32,000 nt of DNA from Geotalea daltonii FRC-32 (GTDB taxonomy: Bacteria > Desulfobacterota > Desulfuromonadia > Geobacterales > Geobacteraceae), in assembly GCF_000022265.1 (NCBI RefSeq), contig NC_011979.1:2010001-2042000 (forward strand). The letters run 5' to 3'. Both the position numbers and the translations under genes were made by a program. Below the pieces are notes generated by a model. The model was given only the letters and a program-made list of their open reading frames with translations, did not search any database and was not told the origin of the DNA. Numbering within the stretch: position 1 is the first letter of the stretch; every line of letters begins with the position of its first letter. This document shows positions 17,671-25,600 of this stretch, one piece after another.

Positions 17671-17967
17671 ATGATAGAAACTGACCATAAAGCACTGAAG
17701 CACATCTATCGAGAACTTATTATGATCGTTACCGCAGCGGTCAACGAATGGGATCCTTATGCCCTCATCAAAGGTGGTGCACCAGAGGATGAATTTTCAG
17801 AAGAGGTCTCGAGAATAGCTGCCAAGGTCTTGGACATTAAATCGTCTACAGCGAAACTAAAACCGATAAAAACTAGGAACAGTGATGTATTGCAAGGGAA
17901 ACGGCTGGTTGTCTTGGATATTCCCGATAACTATGGCCATATAAACCCAGAGCTGGTGAGGATCTAG
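17671..17967 (+). CDS. Small hypothetical protein, possibly a fused gene remnant
   Basis: 98-aa ORF in a visibly lower-GC patch with a weak RBS. The N-half (VNEWDPYALIKGGAPEDEF) recalls DUF1871-type proteins. The C-tail (KRLVVLDIPDNYGHINPELV) recalls the tail of COG4551-type predicted phosphatases. Both calls are from memory only. Confidence 0.3.
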   Translation: MIETDHKALKHIYRELIMIVTAAVNEWDPYALIKGGAPEDEFSEEVSRIAAKVLDIKSSTAKLKPIKTRNSDVLQGKRLVVLDIPDNYGHINPELVRI

Positions 17968-17996
17968 AAAACAAGATTCCCCAGTATTGAAATGAT

Positions 17997-18032
17997 ACAA
18001 CAAACCCCGCTGGCAACAGCGGGGTTTGTTGT
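17997..18032. terminator. Bidirectional terminator hairpin between convergent genes
   Basis: Perfect 16-bp stem ACAACAAACCCCGCTG / CAGCGGGGTTTGTTGT with a GCAA loop and T-rich 3' flank. Confidence 0.6.
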
Positions 18033-18040
18033 TGTGGCGC

Positions 18041-18059
18041 GGACTCCCAAGGGGAGTCC
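18041..18059. terminator. Second short hairpin, proximal to the minus-strand stop
   Basis: GGACTCC (18041-18047) pairs with GGAGTCC (18053-18059). It lies 20 nt beyond the stop of 18079..21639. Confidence 0.3.
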
Positions 18060-18078
18060 ACTCATATGGCAGGGGGGG

Positions 18079-21000
18079 CTACTGCTTCAGTAAGAGGGAA
18101 ATGGTGCTGGTCGATCCGTCGTCCAGGACGGCCCGGATCTGGTAGGTGCCGGAAGTAAGGTCCTTGGTGTAGAGATTGTAAATGTACATGCCCTCACTGA
18201 CCCTGAAGTAATTTCCGGTGTCTGCGTTGGTGGAAGTCACTTCTATGGGATCTCCAACCGGCTCGCTGGCCGAGTATTGCTGCAGAAAGAGCATTGCGAC
18301 TGCAGAAGTGACGGTGGAGCCGTTTGCATCGCACAGAGCAAGTTTTACCGGTATTGTGGAGCCAAGTTTGAAGGGCCTGAGCAGGCTTACCGGGGTTAAG
18401 AAGTTGCCGCTACAACCATATCTAACCTGAATAGTCGCTGTAGCGGTCGTAGTGTTGCCGAAATCGTCAACCGCGGTGAACACTACCTGTTTTGCCCCGA
18501 CACTGTCAAGAACGGGAGTTGTGAAGGTGATGGTGACCGATTGATCCACATAATCAACGGCTGTAGCGCCATTGAGAAATGCCTGCACAGCGGGATCATT
18601 GACTGAGGTGTTCAGCAGCACGGTGATGGCGGCGGGTACCGTCAGAAGTGGTGATGTCGTGTCGCGTACAGTAACGGTGAAGCTTCCCGTGGCTTTATTG
18701 TTGTAATCATCGGTTGCGGTGCAGGTTACGGTCGTTGTCCCCAGCGGGAATACAGACCCGGAAGGGGGCGTGCAGACCACGGCTGGCGCCGCTGTAACGA
18801 GATCTTTTGCGGTCACGCTGAATTGCACCGTCGCGCCGTTTGCAGACAGAGCTTCGACGGTCTGAGCGGCAGGGATGGAAAGTTCCGGAGGGGTGGTATC
18901 GACAATGGTTATGGTCTGTGCGGCCGTTCCCTTATTACCTGCCTTGTCCACTGCGGTCCAGGTTACGACGGTTGTGCCGATCGGGAATCCTGCAGGAGGG
19001 GCATCGCTGGTGACTGAGACGACGCCAACGAGATCTGTAGCGGTGGCAGTGCCGATGGCTACGGCCGTAAGCTTACCGGTTGCCTCGACGGTCAGGTTGA
19101 GTGGGGGCGTGACGAGCGGCGCAGTGGTATCGACGACTGTGGCCTTTCGGGTTACCTCTGGGGCGAGGTTGCCCGCGGCATCGGCGACGTTATAGGTAAT
19201 GGTGTAGTCTCCGGGCTTCAGGGTATCCACCAGATTGACCGTCACGATGCTGCTGGTGATGTCACCGTCACGATCGTCAAAGGCTGTGGCTCCGGCATCC
19301 GCATAGGCATTTCCTGCTTCCACCGATACTGTCGGGGAACCAAGGAGGGTGATGACCGGCGGAACCATGTCGCGGGCCAGATAGACTTCGATTATGCTCT
19401 CGAATGTGGTGCTGTTTCCGGCCCGATCGGTGGCAACGGCGGTAATGACGTGCTCACCGATAGAGGGCCGGTCCAGGGTTCCTGCATAGGAAACGGCAAC
19501 CGGTGTTGTGTCGTTTTCAGCACCGGTAGTGGTGCTGATCAGGGCGCCGTCCAGATAGACTTGAAGCGTGTAGCCATACCCCTGATCGGAGGCCTGGACG
19601 GAGAAGGGAATAACCGTCTCGGTGTCGGGGAAGCGGGTACCGCTGGCTGGGGTTATGGAAACCGCAGGCAGCCAATGATCGGCAAATACCACACGTTGGT
19701 CGGTTGCCTGGGCGTTGGACACATCGGTGGCGGTTATATTCAGGATATTCTTGCCGGAAGAAAGGGGGATGGTGTGATCGAAGGTAACCTCATTGGTCGA
19801 GCTCCCCGGTACGGGGGTGACGACCGCGGCTTCACTGTTCACGACTATGTTTTCTATGGTGGAGCCACTGTACGATCTTCCTGTTACCGGTACGGAACTG
19901 GCATTGGTGATCAGGTCCTCCTGGGGGGACATGACGATCAGCGTCGGACCGGGGACGTCGAAAAATTTAGTCGTATTGCAGGCCAGACTGAAGGTTATGG
20001 GAGGAAAGATGATCTGGCTGCCGTCTTCCGCATAGACACGAACGGTGGTCAAGGTGTAGTTCGCTGCGGGGCCGAAAATTTCCAGGTCGGGGTTGGCAAT
20101 CTTGTTAACCGAAGAGGATGCGCTGACAGCTGCGGAAAGGTCGTCAACATTATTGGTTTTGTGGGTGCCATTGCCGGACATGTAGGGGGAACTCAGCAAA
20201 CCGCCTCCCACGGCGCGGAACCTGAAAATAGCCGAGCCGAAACAATAATTGAAATCTTTCTGGTTTTCCGCTCCTGAGGCAATGTGCACAGGATTGCCGA
20301 AATAGTTTCTGCCATCGTAGCTGAGTTTGTAATCGTTAAAGCTCAAGATTGAATATTTTGTGTATGGAGCGACGAAGTCTTTTCTCAGGCTGAAACCAAC
20401 GGTATCCCAATCGCCGGTTGTCATGAACAGTTTGTACTGACGCACCGGCGGACGCTTGTAGTTCCCCGTTACATCTCTGCGGAGGTAGACGTAGGCATAA
20501 TTGGTGTTTTTATAGGCCCATTTGTTCGTTTCCCAGATGGCATCCTGTCCATTCAAGGTCATCGTGTAGTATCTCAGATCCTCGTTCTTGACGGTGCCGG
20601 AGAAGTTGATCGAACCGTTCAGGAAGGCTCCTTCGCCGGAAAAATCGAGAAGGGTGGTCTGGTTGGGATATACCGTGAACCTGTTGTTGATTTGGCTGCC
20701 GTTTTTGTACGGCCAGCGCAGGTTGCTGTCTATACTGCTGTCAAAGAAGGTGTAGGGATAGACGTAATAGCTGTAGGAGTTGCCGGAAAAGGTGTAATTC
20801 CTGGTGTAGCTTCCAGGGTTTGCAGGTATGGTGATGCCGGCAGCCGAGTGGCTGGCGAAATTTGCAGCGGGCAGCCCGGCGAGGTCGACATTCCCGGCCA
20901 AAGTACCCGTATAAGTGGTCGGTGGTGGGGGCGGGTCGCTGGGGACAGGGGCGACAAAACTAATATTCAGGGGGACGATCACCGTTTCACCCGGTTGCAC

Positions 21001-21639
21001 GTCCTGCAGCGACAGGTTGTATGGGGCGGCTGCGTTCGAGTTGAAGTAATAATACCTTCCTCCGGTGGCGCTATAGACATACACCGCGGCGGCAAGGGCA
21101 ATCTGCTGGTTCGGCACCACGGGAATGTCCCAGTAATAGCTTCTGGTCGTAAAGCTGGTCGTATAGGAGCTGGTCGTGTATGTTCTTTCGCCCGTCGTTA
21201 CATTTTTAACAGCGCTGGAATTGTAGCCATAGGAATAAGTTGTGGGATCGCCGGTGATATTCACCTGGAATCGCACCGTGCCCACGTTGTAGATGTAGTC
21301 GTTGGCAACCGTCTGGTTGGGTGCGACCTTGATGGTCCTGTTGTTGAAGGAGACGGTCGAGTACGGTGCATTCGCCCCCGAGACACCGCAGGAAGCGGCT
21401 ACGCTGTAATTCCAGTCTCCACCCTGGACTGTCAGCTGATAATTGGGACTGTTGTAGGTGGTTTTGCTTGCCGTATAGCCGCCCCCGGTGGCGTTCAATG
21501 AAATACTGGTAGGGGTGTAGCCGGGAAGGCTGACCTGACCCGCGATGTAGCCTGGGTCGAGCGTAACTGCTGCGGCTTGTGACACGGGAAGTAAAGTGAT
21601 AAAAAGCAGCAGGATAATCCTAAGATAGTGTGATGTCAT
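18079..21639 (-). CDS. Large secreted surface protein: signal peptide, ~530-aa Tyr/Asn/Thr-rich region of unknown fold, Ig-like domains, DUF5011-like + HYR-like repeats, C-terminal beta-sandwich
   Basis: Signal peptide MTSHYLRIILLLFITLLPVSQAAA. GAGGAG RBS 7 nt upstream. PPVITLLG...DDRDGDIT...YTITYNVADAAGN is DUF5011-like. Repeated DTT(A/P/S)P-x-L boundaries with VTWTAVDKAGN and VTCTATDDYNN are HYR-like. Confidence 0.85.
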   Translation of the reverse strand: MTSHYLRIILLLFITLLPVSQAAAVTLDPGYIAGQVSLPGYTPTSISLNATGGGYTASKTTYNSPNYQLTVQGGDWNYSVAASCGVSGANAPYSTVSFNNRTIKVAPNQTVANDYIYNVGTVRFQVNITGDPTTYSYGYNSSAVKNVTTGERTYTTSSYTTSFTTRSYYWDIPVVPNQQIALAAAVYVYSATGGRYYYFNSNAAAPYNLSLQDVQPGETVIVPLNISFVAPVPSDPPPPPTTYTGTLAGNVDLAGLPAANFASHSAAGITIPANPGSYTRNYTFSGNSYSYYVYPYTFFDSSIDSNLRWPYKNGSQINNRFTVYPNQTTLLDFSGEGAFLNGSINFSGTVKNEDLRYYTMTLNGQDAIWETNKWAYKNTNYAYVYLRRDVTGNYKRPPVRQYKLFMTTGDWDTVGFSLRKDFVAPYTKYSILSFNDYKLSYDGRNYFGNPVHIASGAENQKDFNYCFGSAIFRFRAVGGGLLSSPYMSGNGTHKTNNVDDLSAAVSASSSVNKIANPDLEIFGPAANYTLTTVRVYAEDGSQIIFPPITFSLACNTTKFFDVPGPTLIVMSPQEDLITNASSVPVTGRSYSGSTIENIVVNSEAAVVTPVPGSSTNEVTFDHTIPLSSGKNILNITATDVSNAQATDQRVVFADHWLPAVSITPASGTRFPDTETVIPFSVQASDQGYGYTLQVYLDGALISTTTGAENDTTPVAVSYAGTLDRPSIGEHVITAVATDRAGNSTTFESIIEVYLARDMVPPVITLLGSPTVSVEAGNAYADAGATAFDDRDGDITSSIVTVNLVDTLKPGDYTITYNVADAAGNLAPEVTRKATVVDTTAPLVTPPLNLTVEATGKLTAVAIGTATATDLVGVVSVTSDAPPAGFPIGTTVVTWTAVDKAGNKGTAAQTITIVDTTPPELSIPAAQTVEALSANGATVQFSVTAKDLVTAAPAVVCTPPSGSVFPLGTTTVTCTATDDYNNKATGSFTVTVRDTTSPLLTVPAAITVLLNTSVNDPAVQAFLNGATAVDYVDQSVTITFTTPVLDSVGAKQVVFTAVDDFGNTTTATATIQVRYGCSGNFLTPVSLLRPFKLGSTIPVKLALCDANGSTVTSAVAMLFLQQYSASEPVGDPIEVTSTNADTGNYFRVSEGMYIYNLYTKDLTSGTYQIRAVLDDGSTSTISLLLKQ

Positions 21640-21671
21640 ATATGAACTCCTCTGAAATGTTCATTATAAAA

Positions 21672-22085
21672 TCAGAACCCGTTCTCTCCCTTGACGTCGA
21701 CCGATGTACGTTCACCGGCCTGGTTGGTGTATTCGATCCGCCACACCAACTTTTCTTCAGGCTCAGCTGCCGCAATGATGTCGTTTGCCAATGTCGCTAT
21801 CTGTAGCACCTCTGACTGGCGGCCATCAGGAATGGTGCCGAAAAAAACAGGAACATCATTGGGCAGGTAGGGGTTCTGCATGGGAATTGAGACAAGGATG
21901 TCCTGGGCATCACTACCACTGCGGTTGATGACATTGATCATCACGTTAGCGCTGGTTTTCACCTCGTCCTTGACTACGTTTTCCTGCCGGAAAATCAGAT
22001 GAAACGGGGGCGGGCCCTCCGCCGCCAGGGTCGGTAGCGCGGGTAAGGACAGGAGCAGACATACCACGATAAGAGCTTTTCTCAT
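21672..22085 (-). CDS. Small secreted protein, unknown function (beta-sandwich-like)
   Basis: Signal peptide MRKALIVVCLLLSLPALPTLAAEG. GGAGGTG lies 6 nt before ATG 22085, so the track start at 22100 overlaps the RBS. The gene ends 32 nt upstream of the large surface-protein gene, which suggests one operon. Confidence 0.65.
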   Translation of the reverse strand: MRKALIVVCLLLSLPALPTLAAEGPPPFHLIFRQENVVKDEVKTSANVMINVINRSGSDAQDILVSIPMQNPYLPNDVPVFFGTIPDGRQSEVLQIATLANDIIAAAEPEEKLVWRIEYTNQAGERTSVDVKGENGF

Positions 22086-22100
22086 TTGACGCACCTCCAT

Positions 22101-22613
22101 AGATTTTGTGACCTCGACAAGTCAGTAATGTAAAACAATTAAGTAGAAATGTGTAATATTATAAAATTAATTTTCACATATTAAGTGTGGTGCTCGCCCC
22201 CATGTTTTGGCAGGTATGTGAGGATTTAATGTTGGGACCATTCCTGTGTGCTGCTTTCTTCCTCCCCCTCTTATCCAACCGTCGTTGAGCTCATTGTAAT
22301 GAAAAGATAATGTCGTTTTATAATAATAGTTTAATAATTCTTTGCGTTGGGCCTTGAAGCCGAAGAGTAGATGCCCGTGTCTTGAATTGGCGGGAGCAAA
22401 CTTTAAAAAAACTTATGTTTTATTTCGCGCCAGAAAGTTTTATAAACTAATTAAAATCCGACAAGTGTTTTGCTCGAGAATCTCCTTTTTCCCCTTTCTT
22501 GGCGCCCCTTCCTTCGTCCGTTCGGTGTTTGTCAGTCGGAAACCATCGCCCGGCACCTGGTGCAGAGTCTTTTCTTGTTGGGTTAATCAATAACTTTTTT
22601 ATTTTCTGATGAT
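22101..22613. promoter_or_regulatory. AT-rich divergent intergenic control region
   Basis: 513 bp between divergently oriented start codons. It is far more AT-rich than the flanks and contains a 12-bp perfect palindrome, AAAATTAATTTT (22163-22174). Individual promoters could not be called reliably. Confidence 0.5.
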
Positions 22614-25600
22614 ATGCAGGGGGGTGGCGTGGGCAGAATTGTTACTTTGGTGCTGGTATTGGTGGTCATGGGTGTGTCCGTACCGGCAATGCCGGCGGTC
22701 GCATTTCAGTGCAACGACTGCCACGGTCAGAAGGGTACGGCCGATCTCAGGCCGGTGGATGAATCCTACCGAAACATTACCACCGGCGGCTTTCAGGGGA
22801 ACCACCGCAGCCATATGACCGCTGCGGCCACTGCCGCCAGCTGTGCTGTCTGCCATCCCGGCAGCCGGGATTACACCAATGGCCATCGCAATGACGTAAT
22901 CTCCCTTTCTTCCTCCATCAATGGTTCACGCAACACCACCACCTACAACAACCGGACTTCCGCCCATCCCCAGACTTCGACCCCGCAACTGGCAAGCTGC
23001 TCCAACGTCAACTGCCACTTCGAAAAGGATACCCCACGCTGGGGAAGCCAGATGCTGGCTCAGCCCCAGGATTGCAACGTCTGCCATGGCGCGCCCCCTG
23101 CCGATGGCGGACATCCGGCTGGTGCGGGAAGCGGCAAGAAGCATGGCGACTATCTCGGCACCGACACCGACAGTTGCCGACATTGTCACACTGACCACCG
23201 GGCCGGCGCGGCCCCCTTTGCCCACGCCACCAGTGCGGGCAAGAGGGGACTGATCGTACAGTTCACCACCTCCCCCAACAGCGGCGGTTCATATTCCGGC
23301 GACGTAAGCTACCCCACCTACCTGGACAACGGCAGCAGGACCGGTACCTGCAACGGCATATACTGCCACAGCAACGGCGCTCCCTACGACAAAAGCAACG
23401 AGTACCGTTCCCCCACCTGGGGAGGGACTTTGACCTGCAGTGGCTGCCATGACTCAGCCGGAGCCCAGACCGGCCTCAGCGGCAGGCACGGCAAGCATAC
23501 CGCACCCACCGGTTATGGATTCACCTGCGAGCGCTGCCACCGTGACACGGTCACAGGCAGCGACACCATCATCGACACGACCCTCCATGTGAACGCCTCC
23601 AAAAACGTGGCCTTGAACAGCGGCGGCAACTACGACAGCGAAACCAGGGGCTGCAGCAATACCTACTGTCACAGCAATGCCCTTGGTGGGGCGCCCACCA
23701 CCGGCGTCAAGTGGTCTGACACCCAGGAACTGAAATGCTATTCATGCCACAAGGGAAGAACCGCCGACAACAACGCCACCGACTGCGTTCAGCCGGTGGG
23801 GGGCTGGGACCCGTCAAGCCAGCTCTGCACTCCGTACATCAACATCACTACCAATGGCCACAGCACCCTGGTCGGGCCTCAATGGGTGAGAAAATATCCC
23901 TGCTATTACTGTCACGATGCAACCGTTGACGGCGACGGCGCCATCAAGGACAAGTCACGGCATGTGAACCAGCAGAAGGACATCCAGGTGGCATCCCAAT
24001 GGGCGATCATCGGCCGCCCCGCCCCAACCTACAACGGGGAGACCAAGGAGTGCGATAACGTCTACTGCCATAGCGACGGTACCGGTTCCCCCGAGGTTAT
24101 CCGCCCCCTGGGCTGGACCGGCAAGGACAAGAGCAAGTGCAACTCCTGCCATGGCCATCCCCAGGGTACCTGTTCCAGCAGCGGCTGCCACGACGGCAGA
24201 ACGGACGCCAATGGCAAGACCTGGACCGTGCGGACCGGCTGGGCTCCCGGTGAAGAATGGAAGGAGGCCATGCCCATCTATCTCAACCAGGGGCCCGGTA
24301 CCTCCCGCGCCAACTCCCATGCCCGCCACATGCAGACCAACTTCACCTGCGACAACTGCCACGACGACACTATCCGCAACGGGGTCTGTACCGACTGCCA
24401 CAACGGCGCCGCCCCCAGCGGCACCATGCGCGAAACCGCCCATATCAATGCCCAGCGCCACGTCAACAAAAGCAGGGACGTGGTCTTTAAAAACAACAGC
24501 GGTGCCTTCGTCGTCAACCCACAGAACAACAACAAGAGTTGTTCGAACACCAAGTGCCATCGGGCAGGAGCCGATCCGGTCTGGGGCGAGTCGGTAAATA
24601 CCACCATTCTCTGTATCAACTGCCATGGCACCACCGGCCAGGATGTGGACGACTTCAGCCCCTTCAACGGCAAGCAGGCGAAGATCAACCTGACCGAGTT
24701 CAACTCCTCCGGGCATGGGCGTAGCGCTTCCCTGGGGGCGTATGCCTGGTCGGGGAATCCGGCGGCAAATTTCCCCGGCAACCCCTGCTGGTATTGTCAC
24801 GATAACAACGTCCTCCATAAGGACAGCGAAAATCCTTTCCGGCTGCGTCGGCATGCCCAGTACCAGAAGCAGTTCGACCATGAATGCGTTTACTGCCACA
24901 TGGAGGGCAAGGAGTCTGAGTGTCTTGACTGCCACAACTCCACGTCGTCGCTGGCACCGCAACTGAGCACCATAACCGGGCGGCAGGACCCATACCGCCC
25001 TTCCCACCAGGGAATGACCGGCGGCTGCCTGGGCACGGGCTGCCATGAAACGGACGACAAGCGGCACAAGACGGGCGCCGGTCTGTGGACCGCCGAGCAG
25101 AAGGAAGACGTCAAGAATGCATACGTGATGATGGGGGTCTGCCTCAAATGTCACGACGACGACAGCGACGACAAATGTACCAGTTGCCACAACAACAGCC
25201 AGTACACCCCCGGTTTCGACCCCGGGACCGGGCTGGTCAAGGCAAAATCCAGAGCCACCTCCATGCACTTCGGCTACAAGCACTACCGTGGCTTCCTTGC
25301 CAGCGGCGGCTGGAGCAAAGATGCCAACGGCAAGACCATCGGCACCTGGAAGGGGGGCAAATTCTGCTGGGATTGCCACGATCCCCATGGCGATTCCAAC
25401 ATCTACATGATCCAGTCCAAGGTGGCCACGGCCACCGACGGCAAGTTCGGCATTCCCAAGACCGGAGCCAGGGCTGACGTGGTCTTCACCCAGAAGGTGA
25501 GCGGCAGCGATTATGCCAAGGTCCAGGACCCGCAGAACCCGGTACCCATAAACGGTATCTGCAACGTCTGCCACGATAAGGCCAATAAGCAGCACTACCA

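Noticed and set aside
15073-17695. Minus-strand ORFs 15073..16020 (315 aa) and 16958..17695 (245 aa), plus the alternate plus frame 16689..17408
   Set aside because: They overlap the lipoprotein and CorA genes, which have RBS, lipobox and GMN motif respectively. They are shadow frames.
19450-21501. Plus-strand ORFs 19450..20277 (275 aa) and 20692..21501 (269 aa)
   Set aside because: They are antisense to the 1186-aa surface-protein gene, Gly/Arg/Val-rich, and lack start context.
22551-22564. Sigma-54-like CGGCAC-ctggt-GCAG upstream of the cytochrome gene
   Set aside because: The -12 element is out of register (GC falls at N9) and the T of TGGCAC is missing. It is not a convincing match.
22342-22593. 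83-aa ORF in the AT-rich intergenic region
   Set aside because: It has a non-ATG start and no RBS, with a basic, Phe/Arg/Lys-rich low-complexity translation driven by AT-rich DNA. It is more likely non-coding regulatory sequence.
22300-22613. Possible c-di-GMP/cGAMP (GEMM-I) riboswitch upstream of the cytochrome, as is common in Geobacter
   Set aside because: I looked on both strands for the GGCAAACC ... GGGACGCAAAGCC core. Only fragments occur: GAGCAAAC at about 22394 on the plus strand and ACGCAAAG at about 22340-22347 on the minus strand. They lack the pairing partners and the correct order. A covariance-model scan would be needed to settle this.
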